From Promethearchaeota archaeon (GTDB taxonomy: Archaea > Asgardarchaeota > Thorarchaeia > Thorarchaeales > Thorarchaeaceae): DNA of 32,000 nt. Shown piece by piece: positions 17,875 to 27,953 of the stretch. The stretch spans positions 52,925-84,924 of the forward strand of contig JALVPN010000165.1 of NCBI GenBank assembly GCA_027031765.1. Direction: 5' to 3'. A program made the translations under genes and the position numbers. The number at the start of each line of letters is the position of its first letter. Position 1 is the first letter of the stretch. The notes beneath the pieces were generated by a model. That model saw only the letters and a list, made by a program, of their open reading frames with translations, had not been told where the DNA came from and searched no databases.

Positions 17875-18840
17875 TCATGACGCAGATGCTACCCCCCTAG
17901 GGGCTCCCAATGTCCCCTGTACGATCTGGTTGGCCATCTGCATTGCTGCCTGTTTCTCCATCGGATATGCGAGGAAGTCCCTGAGATGTTCCTCGTCAAA
18001 CGTTTCCGGCAGGGAGCCGAAGAATATGTGGTTGAGAAGCGGCGACAGTTCACCGCAGTCCTCTCCCCTCATATACATCACCGGTACCAGCGTCCGGAGT
18101 TCCCTGTGCATGCTCTCCACCCACCTCTTGATGGGCTGCGCTGCATCTACAAAGTGCTCCAGTATCATGGTTGGGGAGCCGTACTTCTTGGCCTTCAGCT
18201 CGAACACGAAGAGGTCACTCCCGACTATTGATATTGCGTCCAGTTCGTAGAGCCTGGTGTAGCCGGTCTTCGTTTCTTGGAGCAGACAGAAGTTGTTCAG
18301 GATCTGGCCGGCTGTCCAGCACCTGCGCAGCCTGTTTATCATTGGTGCCTCGTAGATACACCTGGTATTGGCAGCTACGTTGCTGGAGAGCACGTATCTC
18401 CTGTTGCCGTCCACATACGTGAAGTGCACGACCCCGGGCTCATCCCCGCGGAACTCGCATCTCCTGTTGCCGTCCACATACGTGAAGTGCACGACCCCGG
18501 GCTCATCCTCACGGGACTTGCCACGTTTCCGACGGCGACCCCTCTTACGAGCTGCCTTCTCGATGGCCTCGTGAAAATCCGTCAGCTCGGGGACTGGGTG
18601 CTGGTCGATTGCGGCCACAAGCATGTCTCTGAGTTCCCTTATGGGTGTTGGTTTCTGTGGCGAGTACAGCCGACTGTGGACTCTTCCAATGAACTCTGGA
18701 GTGAACTTGCTAGCTGGAACGCAGATACGCATATCCCCTTCTTCATATACTACCACATTGCCTGCTAGGAGCAGGTGCCCAAACCCGTGCTCTGCAAGCA
18801 GTGATATGACTCTTGCAGCCACGAACTGTAGGTTTGCCAT
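17875..18840 (-). CDS. Hypothetical protein with a C-terminal PD-(D/E)XK-like nuclease motif and an internal 21-aa duplication
   Basis: YELDAISIVGSDLFVFELK; GGAGGTGG ribosome-binding site at 18846-18853; DEPGVVHFTYVDGNRR occurs twice. Confidence 0.7.
   Translation of the reverse strand: MANLQFVAARVISLLAEHGFGHLLLAGNVVVYEEGDMRICVPASKFTPEFIGRVHSRLYSPQKPTPIRELRDMLVAAIDQHPVPELTDFHEAIEKAARKRGRRRKRGKSREDEPGVVHFTYVDGNRRCEFRGDEPGVVHFTYVDGNRRYVLSSNVAANTRCIYEAPMINRLRRCWTAGQILNNFCLLQETKTGYTRLYELDAISIVGSDLFVFELKAKKYGSPTMILEHFVDAAQPIKRWVESMHRELRTLVPVMYMRGEDCGELSPLLNHIFFGSLPETFDEEHLRDFLAYPMEKQAAMQMANQIVQGTLGAPRGVASAS
18396..18521. repeat. 63-bp tandem duplication (50-bp perfect core)
   Basis: 18396-18445 is identical to 18459-18508. 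The remaining 13 nt match at 9 of 13 positions. The duplication is in frame. Confidence 0.95.
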
Positions 18841-19219
18841 TTACTCCACCTCCAGTTCCACATCTCTATGTCCTGCATCTGGACAAATAAGCGTTTCCTG
18901 AACGTCCTAGCAGAGCGTTGCAGGGCCGACCGACTGGTCTCTCTGTGCCCCGCCATGTGCGTCCAGAATTGCCACTCCCGAGTCTACAGCAGCGTGACCT
19001 CTGGGTGGTTATTGCCCACGACACATTGGACCTACAGCTGCAACTACAGAGTGATGCCAGTTGTCGGAGGGGCAGGTCCTGCCCATGTGGCAGCCAACAC
19101 CACTGTCCGGGGCCAGTGGGTCCTGCACTGTACGGCCTGTAGTGCGATGTGTCCCCCTGGTCTTGTCCCAGGGCCTGCTCTCCGGCAGTACGAGTACCTT
19201 GCTGCCTGTCAGTCGCCAC

Positions 19220-20266
19220 TCAGCGGGGGCTGTAGTGCCTGTTGGCCAACCACACCACTGCGAACAGTACGACTACGGCTCCGACAGTGAACTCTACCAC
19301 AGACATATCCACGGGTTGGGCCGTGCTGGTGGGTTCAGTGGTGGTTGTAGTGGTCGTGGTGGTCGTGGCGGTTGTACTTGGCTCCCCTGATGGCTGCCAC
19401 CCAGCAAGCCGTGCGACCAGCCACCAGAATGCCCGTGCCTTCTGCTCGCAGCTCGTATACGTCGTATGTCCCGCCTCGTTGCCGTGAAAGTCTGGGTGTT
19501 CAATGGGGATTTCCATTGTGGAGCCGTTCACTGTATGGTCATGTGTTGCTTGGACGCCGTTGCTCCAGCTGTCGAGGTCTGCAAAGTCGAACAGCACCTT
19601 CCCGTGCGTCCGACAGTAGTTTCTGATCTGTTCATTCCTGAGCCACCTGTTATAGCCCTTCTCTCCAGCAGCCTGTGCGTTGCCTGTCATGTAGACAAAT
19701 ATCACTCCCGGGTTCGCCGCCTCGAAGGCGCTCATTGCGCTGAGATACTCCTCCACTTGGGCCTCATCATACCAGTTGAGCTGCGTACACCATGACCACA
19801 TTGACACATTGATGGTGGGGTTGCTGTCGAGGGTGTTCTGTGTGAGTCCCCTCCCGTACTCGCTCTGCCAGTAGAGGTCTGGTGTTATGTAGGACTCCGG
19901 CGGGTTGCCGTCCAGCATGCACAGCTCCCCCTCTTCTGTCGGGAGATTGCCGATACCACGTTGGAAGCCGTAGGTCGTGTTGGCACTCTCTATTCGCTCG
20001 AGTCCTGTGACTATCTGTCCACCGTGACTGGTGTGAGCATAGTGCACCCTTATGTTGGCCTTTGCAGCCTCAATCCATTCGATTGGGACTTGAGATAGGT
20101 CTGTGCAGTTGTGGTCTATTATCAGTCCATCTGGCCAGTAGTACGCAGTCCTGAAGCCCCTGGATCCGGTCGTTGCCCCGCCTGGTGATGGTCCCGCTGT
20201 CGGTGCCACCACTGAGATGACCAGGAGTCCTAGGGCTATGGTGACAGGGAGTGCTCTCCGTTTCAT
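19220..20266 (-). CDS. Secreted, membrane-anchored hypothetical protein, possibly SGNH-like hydrolase fold
   Basis: Signal peptide; [13 protein letters not shown]…[11 protein letters not shown]; MWSWC; LFDFADLDS; AGHTT; poly-Thr linker; C-terminal TM. Confidence 0.8.
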   Translation of the reverse strand: MKRRALPVTIALGLLVISVVAPTAGPSPGGATTGSRGFRTAYYWPDGLIIDHNCTDLSQVPIEWIEAAKANIRVHYAHTSHGGQIVTGLERIESANTTYGFQRGIGNLPTEEGELCMLDGNPPESYITPDLYWQSEYGRGLTQNTLDSNPTINVSMWSWCTQLNWYDEAQVEEYLSAMSAFEAANPGVIFVYMTGNAQAAGEKGYNRWLRNEQIRNYCRTHGKVLFDFADLDSWSNGVQATHDHTVNGSTMEIPIEHPDFHGNEAGHTTYTSCEQKARAFWWLVARLAGWQPSGEPSTTATTTTTTTTTTEPTSTAQPVDMSVVEFTVGAVVVLFAVVWLANRHYSPR

Positions 20267-20527
20267 CTCTCTCGCTCCATGCGCCTAGATGGTACCCGTC
20301 CCTGAATAGGTTATTGGTGCCAATGCCCAGTCCCGACATGCTGCATGACCCCCAATCACTAGGAGTCCCCATCAGCTCGACAATCGTACTGATACCTCCA
20401 CACCTTGGTGGGGCGACCGGTGAAGAGTAGTCACATGACGGGTATTCGCGCCTCTGAGTGACTGTGTGTACCGGCCATGCATGTGGGCTGTACGTGTTGC
20501 TGTCCTGTCGCCCTGTCGACGCTTACA

Positions 20528-21106
20528 CTATGTCCCCTCGCGCATCGTTGCCGGGGCCTCTTCAATGGCGTCCTCCTCGGCCTGAATGCGCTCGCTCATG
20601 GCCCGTGCTGCCTTGGCATATTCTGCGTTTATGTCGCCCAGAACAAAGATTGCGCCGACGAGGAAGACTATCAGCCCGGCATTCAGGGCCCCGGGGTGCG
20701 GGTACAGGGTCTCGACACATACGACCGGCTCTGTCATGTCTGAGCCAGCTGCTGTGACTACGACCGCGTACTTCCCGGGCGGGTAGTCATCTACGACAAT
20801 CTCACAGTAACTGGTGTCCTCGACCATTCTGAGGGGCTTGATTCCCGTCATGTTCTCTGTCCTCAGGAGCCTGCACGTACCATTCATGTCAAGGATGTAC
20901 AGTGAGAACCTCGTGCTCACATTGTCGTGTGTTTCAGCAACTACCCTGAACGCTCCCATTGAACCGAACACGTATCCAAAGTATGTACCTGCTGTCAGGG
21001 GCTCCGGTGGCCCGTAACCAACTGCTATTCCCCCGACATACGCGGATGCAATCAGTGCACCGCCGAGTAGGACCAGCATGACACCGGTCCGTCTGAGTGG
21101 CGTCAC
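20528..21106 (-). CDS. Hypothetical membrane protein (N- and C-terminal TM helices) in the ABC operon
   Basis: GTG at 21106 overlaps the permease TGA (GTGA). Sequence MTPLRRTGVMLVLLGGALIA…AGLIVFLVGAIFVLG. The upstream part of the track ORF (to 21436) is a shadow of the permease. Confidence 0.75.
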   Translation of the reverse strand: MTPLRRTGVMLVLLGGALIASAYVGGIAVGYGPPEPLTAGTYFGYVFGSMGAFRVVAETHDNVSTRFSLYILDMNGTCRLLRTENMTGIKPLRMVEDTSYCEIVVDDYPPGKYAVVVTAAGSDMTEPVVCVETLYPHPGALNAGLIVFLVGAIFVLGDINAEYAKAARAMSERIQAEEDAIEEAPATMREGT

Positions 21107-21939
21107 GCAGTGACCCCCCTTTTCATCAGCAGCCTGTATGTGAGTCCAAGGAGCACAGCCCCCATGATGAGCGACATGATGGACACGCTGGCGGCAGCAG
21201 TCACGACCCCAATATTCTCCCCGACCCCGCCGGAGGACGCAGCGTACGTGATGGCCCTGTAGAGTGCAACGACCGGGTTCATCACTCCGATGGCAGTGGT
21301 CGGGATTGCCCATGACTCCCCGAGCACCGAGACCGTAAACCATAGCATGATGCCACCAAGTGCGGTGGGCAGTGCACGGCGCAACACGACCGCCATGAGT
21401 GCGGTAAGCCCCACTGCCATGACAACATATGCACATAGCGTCGCCAGTGCAAGTGGTATGACTCCCAGCGGGATCGGTGTCGTAGGCATTATGAGGGCTG
21501 CTGTCAGTGCTACCGCCACAAATGCTGGCACCACGGTGAGCAGGAGTGGGATGGTCGTCTTGAACATGAGGACCCTCCGCATCGGGACGGGGTATGTCAA
21601 CATGGTCTGGAGCGTGCCGTCCTCAATGCTCTTGGCAAGGCCTGATGCAACAAGTACCGGTATCAGGAATGCCAGTACCTGCGTGACCCTAAGTGTGGAC
21701 ATGGCCAGCACAGTACTGGTGTGGTCTGCATTCCGCCTAAGTATCTCCTGCGCCATCCATGTCCCGTACTCCGTGTCGTTGTATGTCTGGAACACATAGA
21801 CGTACCGTAGTGCCCCCGTGAAGGCACTGGCCACTGCGGCGAAGATGATAATGGTCACCACACACTCAACGATTGGGAACGGGAAGTCCGTTTCGAGTTC
21901 GTAGCGTAGTGATGCAAGGTAGTTAGACTTCCTGCTCAT
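21103..21939 (-). CDS. ABC-2 type transporter permease
   Basis: About six TM helices; LAKSIEDGTLQTMLTYPV. ATG 21939 overlaps the end of the ATPase gene. Confidence 0.88.
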   Translation of the reverse strand: MSRKSNYLASLRYELETDFPFPIVECVVTIIIFAAVASAFTGALRYVYVFQTYNDTEYGTWMAQEILRRNADHTSTVLAMSTLRVTQVLAFLIPVLVASGLAKSIEDGTLQTMLTYPVPMRRVLMFKTTIPLLLTVVPAFVAVALTAALIMPTTPIPLGVIPLALATLCAYVVMAVGLTALMAVVLRRALPTALGGIMLWFTVSVLGESWAIPTTAIGVMNPVVALYRAITYAASSGGVGENIGVVTAAASVSIMSLIMGAVLLGLTYRLLMKRGVTA

Positions 21940-22885
21940 CAGACATGACCTCCCGGTAGATGTCCTCAAGAGACCCGGCACGCTCCAGCGCAGTGACACG
22001 CAGGCCGTTCTCCACTGCTGTCTTCAAGATACTGTCGAGGGCGTCCTCGACGTCGTCAGCGTCCGTGGTGACCAACAGGGTTTCATGGTCAACGACTTGG
22101 AGTACTGCCACATTGTCGAGCCCGACAACAAGGTCTGCAAGCGCCCTCGCGTCCGAGGTTATCACACGTTTCACTTCTCCCCCGCTGCGCCCACGCAACT
22201 CGCTGATTGTCCCGCTCCTGAGCACCCTGCCCTTCCTCAGGAATGCAACAGTGTCACATACCCTCTCCAGCTCTGTCAGGATGTGGGACGATATGACGAA
22301 TGATACACCCTCTGACCTGTGGATTCGTCTTATCAGCTCTATGACCTCTGCACGACCATCCACATCCAGGTTTGATGTGGGTTCGTCAAGTATCACGAGT
22401 CTGGGACAGCCCACCAGCGCGTGTGCTATCCCGAGCCTCTGGTACATCCCTGCAGAGAACCCGCCCACCTTCCTGTCGGCCGCCTCCGACAGCCCCACCA
22501 GTCCGAGCAGCTCGTCAGGTGGTCTGTGCTGTTCATAGAGCTCACCCGCCATCTCCAGCAGTCGGCGGGCGGTCATGTTCGTGGGCAGTGCGGGTCTCTC
22601 GTGTAGCACTCCAGTCCGCTGTCTGATTTCCACGGACTGGGTGCGGATGTCCAGTCCGAAAACGGTGGCACTCCCCGAGTCCGGCGGTACCAGCCCGAGG
22701 AGCACTCTGATTAGCGTGGTCTTGCCCGCGCCGTTAGGCCCAACAAGGCCAAAGACACCCCCCTTCACTTCAAGGTCGACACCCTGAAGAGCTCTGACAT
22801 CACCGAACGTCTTGTGTAGGCCGCGGGTCACAATGATGGTCTCGTCGTGGTGCGTGCCCGAGGCGTAGTCCTGTCCTGTCGTCAA
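21923..22885 (-). CDS. ABC transporter ATP-binding protein
   Basis: GPNGAGKTT, FSAGMYQRL, VILDEPTSNLD, ISSH. Confidence 0.95.
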   Translation of the reverse strand: MTTGQDYASGTHHDETIIVTRGLHKTFGDVRALQGVDLEVKGGVFGLVGPNGAGKTTLIRVLLGLVPPDSGSATVFGLDIRTQSVEIRQRTGVLHERPALPTNMTARRLLEMAGELYEQHRPPDELLGLVGLSEAADRKVGGFSAGMYQRLGIAHALVGCPRLVILDEPTSNLDVDGRAEVIELIRRIHRSEGVSFVISSHILTELERVCDTVAFLRKGRVLRSGTISELRGRSGGEVKRVITSDARALADLVVGLDNVAVLQVVDHETLLVTTDADDVEDALDSILKTAVENGLRVTALERAGSLEDIYREVMSDEQEV

Positions 22886-23067
22886 CTTGACTCTCTTCTG
22901 TCGACGTGCTTATGCGACAGCCCTTGGTGCGCTATTAAAGAGTTGTGGGGCAGAAATGTGGCTGCACCAATCATCCGCTGTGTACCGTTGTCGTGCGCAC
23001 GCCTTCATGTACCGTCCGACGGGTCAGTGCTATACAATTGGCTGACAGACTGTATCATGCTTAGTGG

Positions 23068-24201
23068 CTATGATGATGTCTCGTGCGTGACCAGTGGCGG
23101 TGCAAACCTCCTCAGTCTCCGCAGTGCTATCAGTTTCTCTCTGCGCCCAATCTTTGCATCGCTGATAGCCTGCTCCATGAACGATATCGCCTCATCATAT
23201 GCTCTCCGGTCGACCGGGAATGGCACCCCGTCCTTACCGCCAAACGCGAACGTCATCCTCACCGGGTCGGACCACGACGGTGGCTCTCCATAGATGACCT
23301 CTGCAATGAGCGCCAGCCCGCGGACTGTCGCTGCTCCCATTCCTTCTGCGAACAGCACGTCCTCGTACCCATCAGGTGACACTTCATACAGGTGTCGTAC
23401 GGCCCGCCAGTTCATGCGCCCTGGCATGACCCTGTACGCGACTATTCGGGAGCGGCCGTTCTTGGCCGTGTCGTCTGTCCAGTCGAGGAGGGTTGTCCGA
23501 CCATAGGCACATATGTCCTCGTACATCCTCTTGACCCTGCGTGGCCCCTCCTTGACAAGGTCCACGGTCGCCCGACGGCAGCCCTCGGACGTACCTGCAG
23601 TCATGTCAAGGGCCTGCTCCTTCCTCTCCCCAGAGATAATCCCTGCATGCGGTTCGTCTATGAGGCTCTCGATACCGTCGCTCAGCCAGTGGTAGCGGCG
23701 TGCATCCCCGGACTCTGTGTCCATGCCCTGCTGGACGACCGCCCAGTTCTCGTCGCAGTCAACAAAGAACACGTGGTGGTACAGCTGGTACCCGTCCTGC
23801 ACAGCCGCACTGTCAACCTTCGCGACCGACCTGCTGAGCCCAGCGAGCCGCGCCCCGTCCATACCATAGTCCTCAAGGGCCCTGAGCTGGGCCGGTGCAT
23901 CCCTTGAGGCGCGACCCTTCCCACCTACTGCCATGATGCCATGTGTTTCAAGCGAGAGGACTGACTTGAGCACACCACAGGTCACTGTGGTAGAGCCAGA
24001 GCTGTCCCAGTCGTAACCGAGTACGTTGGACAGTGCTTGGAAGTACACCGGGTCTGCAATCCTGCGGAGCAGCTCTTCGGTACCGAACTCGTCCACTATG
24101 AACTGGCAGACGGCGTCGGCCATTGGGAGCATGCGTCTGACCAGCCACGACGGCGCACGTCCGGGGTGTAGTCTGAGGTCGGCGATACCGCTCCTAGGCA
24201 T
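23068..24201 (-). CDS. DUF763 domain protein
   Basis: SGIADLRLHPGRAPSWL, LGYDWDSSGSTT, QDGYQLYHH, WAVVQQGM, FAFGGKDGVPFPVD. Start set at MPRSG (24201); TTTTTATA lies upstream. Confidence 0.92.
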   Translation of the reverse strand: MPRSGIADLRLHPGRAPSWLVRRMLPMADAVCQFIVDEFGTEELLRRIADPVYFQALSNVLGYDWDSSGSTTVTCGVLKSVLSLETHGIMAVGGKGRASRDAPAQLRALEDYGMDGARLAGLSRSVAKVDSAAVQDGYQLYHHVFFVDCDENWAVVQQGMDTESGDARRYHWLSDGIESLIDEPHAGIISGERKEQALDMTAGTSEGCRRATVDLVKEGPRRVKRMYEDICAYGRTTLLDWTDDTAKNGRSRIVAYRVMPGRMNWRAVRHLYEVSPDGYEDVLFAEGMGAATVRGLALIAEVIYGEPPSWSDPVRMTFAFGGKDGVPFPVDRRAYDEAISFMEQAISDAKIGRREKLIALRRLRRFAPPLVTHETSS

Positions 24202-24322
24202 GATGTCCAGCCTCATTGTCCAGGCCCAACTGTCATGCATGTGCAGCATCCAGTATGGTACGTCATACTGTTGGCAGCAGATGTATAAAAACAAGAGAGC
24301 TGGCCGAAAGTATTCCCCTGCC

Positions 24323-24661
24323 CTATCCCCGTCTCATATCCAATAGCGCCTGTCTTGCGTCGTCCCCCACTACCTCAAGATGGGCCTCAATGGTGGGACA
24401 TGGGAACTCACTGCACAGCCCACATGATTCGACACCATGACGGATGGCGCACTGTCTAACAGGACAGTCGGCACAGTGTTTGAAGTGTACTCCACTGCTC
24501 TTACAGCCGTCGCAGTTGATGTCCTCCGGCCTGACCTGCCAGTCTGGAGATGACCACTCCCTTGCGGTCTTACGCCTGAACCTGTCGTCATCAGTCCGTC
24601 TTGCTATGTATGCCCGACACTCCTCACATTGGAGTCCGCAATATGCTCTCAGGCTGTGCAT
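24323..24661 (-). CDS. DUF3795 family Cys-rich protein
   Basis: AYCGLQCEEC…CDGC…CPVRQCA…CGLCSEFPC. Confidence 0.85.
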   Translation of the reverse strand: MHSLRAYCGLQCEECRAYIARRTDDDRFRRKTAREWSSPDWQVRPEDINCDGCKSSGVHFKHCADCPVRQCAIRHGVESCGLCSEFPCPTIEAHLEVVGDDARQALLDMRRG

Positions 24662-24734
24662 CTATTGACCATTGTTCGGGCCTTCTTAAAAAATGGCTGC
24701 CCCTACTGCCGCGACTGCACAGACCACGCAGAGG

Positions 24735-25026
24735 TCATAGGGTGCCACTCTCTTGGAGCGGCCGCGTCGGACAGAAGTCCTCGTCCGAACGCCAGATCCT
24801 CCTCTCAGGGTCGGACGTTTCCGCCCACAGGCCGTAACACTGTGAGTGCCTGTAGTCCATCATCAGGAGCCTGAAGCCGCTGCTCAGACGCCATACGAGC
24901 GACACCAGTCCCGCCAAGTGTGCCGAGGGGAGTCGTCCCGCCCACTTACACGTCGGGCAACGTGGGTCGATGCTGTACCCTCTTGGTGCCCGCCATGCGA
25001 ACGAGATGTATGCCGTGGCCTCCACC
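24735..25026 (-). CDS. Possible short hypothetical protein
   Basis: GTG 25026 follows the upstream stop by 3 nt. Contains CPTC. No family recognised. Confidence 0.3.
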
Positions 25027-25029
25027 TGA

Positions 25030-25233
25030 CTATGTCCTGAAGGTTGGCCTGTAGTCGTCGACCTCCCTCTCATAGAACTTCTTGTTGCATGCTGCACAGT
25101 AGTATATCTGGACACCGTGGGCCAGTGCCCACCTGTCAAACACCCGCACTATACGGTTGCTCCCACAGTGTGGACAGACGAGCTCAGAAGTGTCATCAAA
25201 CGCCCACGGTGACCGCTGTCGTTTGGACCTCAA
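25030..25233 (-). CDS. Small Zn-ribbon protein
   Basis: CPHCGSNRI…YYCAACNKKF; co-oriented within the run of minus-strand genes. Confidence 0.65.
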   Translation of the reverse strand: MRSKRQRSPWAFDDTSELVCPHCGSNRIVRVFDRWALAHGVQIYYCAACNKKFYEREVDDYRPTFRT

Positions 25234-25271
25234 GAGTGATGCGCTCCACTACATGGGGTGCGCCGGGTCAC

Positions 25272-25925
25272 TTACGTCTTTCGACCGGCCACCAGGGCGC
25301 GGGTGTGCCCGACCATGATGGCAGTGACATGGTCGTATCCCGCACTGTGGTACATGCCCTCTAGGTCTTCCAGCGAGTGCCTGCACATCCGTGGATGCCT
25401 CTGGAGTGCCTTCTTCGGGCTCACCCCAAGGGCTGCCATGTCTGAAACAAATGCCTCTGGACTGCAAGACACATAGTCATAGGTGACACATGTACCTCCC
25501 GTGGACAGCAGTGGCAATACGGCTCTCAGGAGGCCTGTCGGATCCCGCAGCTCGTGGAAGACAAGACCTGAGAAGGCAAGGCCCACGGTCTTTGGTGGGA
25601 GTGGTGGGGGCCCGGTGTTCAGGTCTACGAGGTGGAGGTGGACACATTCAGGGGGCAGGGCTCTGTGGAGCCGCTCACGTGCCCACCGTAGCCTCTCAGC
25701 GTCCACATCCACACCATGGACGGTCCTGACACCGTGTCTTCGCACAGCCGCCTCCAAGAAAAGCCCGTGGCCGCAGCCGAGGTCAAGTACCACCTGCGGC
25801 CTGTGGTCACCAATGAGGTGTGTCAGCCCGTGCCAGAACGTACTTCCATATCTCTTCTTGAAGGAAGCGACTACACGCCCCATGTCGACAGTGACGTCAT
25901 GACGCCTGTCATTGGCGTTGTCCAT
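25272..25925 (-). CDS. Class I SAM-dependent methyltransferase
   Basis: VVLDLGCGHG, VHGVDVD, LLSTGGTCVTYD. ATG 25925 lies 1 nt after the upstream TGA. Confidence 0.88.
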   Translation of the reverse strand: MDNANDRRHDVTVDMGRVVASFKKRYGSTFWHGLTHLIGDHRPQVVLDLGCGHGLFLEAAVRRHGVRTVHGVDVDAERLRWARERLHRALPPECVHLHLVDLNTGPPPLPPKTVGLAFSGLVFHELRDPTGLLRAVLPLLSTGGTCVTYDYVSCSPEAFVSDMAALGVSPKKALQRHPRMCRHSLEDLEGMYHSAGYDHVTAIMVGHTRALVAGRKT

Positions 25926-25926
25926 C

Positions 25927-26475
25927 TCAGTGGCGTCCAAGGATGTAGTCTGCACGGAGCAGCAGCTCCAGGAACTCGCCAAACGTCTGTCTCTGGATTT
26001 CGGGGTCTGAGTACAGCCTCTTGAGGGCTGCCCGGCGGTCTTCCAGGGCCGGGTTCGTCTTCTCGTTGATTATCTTGTATGCAGCATTGGGACGTTCGAC
26101 CCACCTGACCAGTTCCTCACTGTCCTTGTTGAGGAAAAGTACCACCGGTGTCTTTCTCTTGCCGTTGACCCTGAACCGCTCGTGATACCTTGCGTGCCTA
26201 TCACTGTCCAGCACACGGAGCTCGACGTTCGGGGCCAGCGATGCGATGCGCGCCAGTACAGGTAGGACACCTGCTGTGTCGTTGCACCTGTCCGTTCCGA
26301 GCACCAGTATTCTTATGGGGTTCTGAATGCTCGCGAGCATCTCCTGCTCCTGTTCGTTGAGCATCAGGTCATTGAACCGTGCACGCATGAGTTCTACGTT
26401 CTCACGTGCGTTGTCAAGGAACTCCTCGTAGCTCATGGCCTCGGCCCACTGTGCATCCTCAGACATACATACCAC
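25927..26475 (-). CDS. Thioredoxin-fold protein (Thioredoxin_9-like) with CxxT
   Basis: IRILVLGTDRCNDTAGVLPVLARIA…NGKRKTPVVLFL…WVERP. Confidence 0.85.
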   Translation of the reverse strand: MVCMSEDAQWAEAMSYEEFLDNARENVELMRARFNDLMLNEQEQEMLASIQNPIRILVLGTDRCNDTAGVLPVLARIASLAPNVELRVLDSDRHARYHERFRVNGKRKTPVVLFLNKDSEELVRWVERPNAAYKIINEKTNPALEDRRAALKRLYSDPEIQRQTFGEFLELLLRADYILGRH

Positions 26476-26752
26476 TTCGGGTCGCTAACTGCATGGAGAA
26501 ATCTGCACCTACTGCAGCATGTGTGTTTTTGCGGCCTATCAATAAAAGGATTGCTTGACCGGCACTGGGCTGCACATCCGCCATATGTCCACTCGGTCTT
26601 CCAGTCCCAGGTGAAATGGCTTAATAGGCGTATAGAGGAAGTCCTCGCCAGCATAGGGCAGGGCCACCTGCTGTCAGTGTACGTGGACACGGGGGCCGTG
26701 CCTGTCGGTCGGCGAATACCGCCGCGGAGCATGTGCTGACCCACTGACTGGA

Positions 26753-27883
26753 GTGACGCGTTTGGCAAGCCTGAGTAAGTACCTCATGTACCCGTTCTCC
26801 CTTGAGGCCCGGCAAACAGCGCGCAGGTTGGCCCGTGACATCCACGCACTTGTGGAGTTGCTGGACGAACCGTCGAACCACTACGTGGTCGGAGCTGCCG
26901 AAGAGCGGGTGTACGAGGCGCTCACAAGACACGACGTGACCACCACTGTGACCGGCAACGAACTGGACTTCCTCGTATACCCCACTGCCCGCCTAATTGT
27001 GGAAGCGATTGGCCACCCACGGCTCCGTGAGTACCAGGCAGAGGCCGAGTCAAAGGCTGTGAACCGTCACCTGAACCGTGAGCGTGAGGACTTTGTCACA
27101 GCCCTTGCCCGCACCTCCTTTGACTGGGCGGTGGAGTCGTTGGGCGACATAACCAAGCGCGTCCGGCTGCCCCTCTTGATGCGGGGCTTCGAACTCAAGA
27201 TGCGTGTTGAACACTTCCTTGAGGTCGCACCCTCGTTCCACAGGGACGAGTGGAAACTTGTCAACCGACTGGTCGACCACGGCTGGGTGCTGGTGCGCCT
27301 GTCAGAGCTTTGCCGACTCATGTCAGGGAAGTTCAGTCAGCTCATTCTTTCCAGCCGGACTGTTGTGCCTGCCCTACCGGCAAGACTTGCGGAGGCCGTA
27401 CAGAGGATTGAGAGCGAGCTCCGGGGCAAGATCCGGACGACGGAACCCATAAAGATTACCGGTCAGGTGATGTCTGCATTCCCGCCATGCATTGCGCAGA
27501 TATACGCTGACACGACCTCCGGCAAGAACCCGTCCCACGAGGCCCGGTTCACACTCGCCTCGTTCCTCCTGAAGATTGGGATGTCCGAGGAGGAGATTCT
27601 TGGCGTGTTCAGGCCAACGCGTGACTTTGTGGCCAGCACAGCAGAGTACCAGGTCAGACACATCGCCTCAAAGGCGGGTGGTGAGGGCTACACCCCTCCC
27701 GGCTGTAAGAAACTCCAGAGCAACGGTTTCTGCCCGGTGTACCTGGGCGATGCATGGGACCCCCTCTGTGAATATGTCCTCCACCCCCTTGCGTTCTACC
27801 AGACCCGTGCGTGGGAGGTCTCTACCGGCGTCACTGACCACTCGTGGTATGCGAAGAAGAAGCGGAAGAAACAGAGCTTCTAG
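26753..27883 (+). CDS. priL: DNA primase large subunit
   Basis: FPPCI…SHEARFTLASFL…YQVRHI…YTPPGCKKL…FCP…CEYVLHPL: Fe-S cysteines are intact. Confidence 0.95.
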   Translation: MTRLASLSKYLMYPFSLEARQTARRLARDIHALVELLDEPSNHYVVGAAEERVYEALTRHDVTTTVTGNELDFLVYPTARLIVEAIGHPRLREYQAEAESKAVNRHLNREREDFVTALARTSFDWAVESLGDITKRVRLPLLMRGFELKMRVEHFLEVAPSFHRDEWKLVNRLVDHGWVLVRLSELCRLMSGKFSQLILSSRTVVPALPARLAEAVQRIESELRGKIRTTEPIKITGQVMSAFPPCIAQIYADTTSGKNPSHEARFTLASFLLKIGMSEEEILGVFRPTRDFVASTAEYQVRHIASKAGGEGYTPPGCKKLQSNGFCPVYLGDAWDPLCEYVLHPLAFYQTRAWEVSTGVTDHSWYAKKKRKKQSF

Positions 27884-27953
27884 TCCGGTCGTGACCATGT
27901 GCTCCTGACGGCAACATGGGCCCGTCGTGTCGCAGTGTGCGGTCTGGGCGTTT

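Noticed and set aside
18841-19219. Several ORFs in the gap, including …LC*DVQETLICPDAGHRDVELEVE* ending at the nuclease start
   Set aside because: No start or family evidence; cannot distinguish from random open frames.
26521-26739. 72-aa ORF just upstream of priL considered as a priS remnant
   Set aside because: No primase motifs (DxD, R…SG..G.H) recognised.
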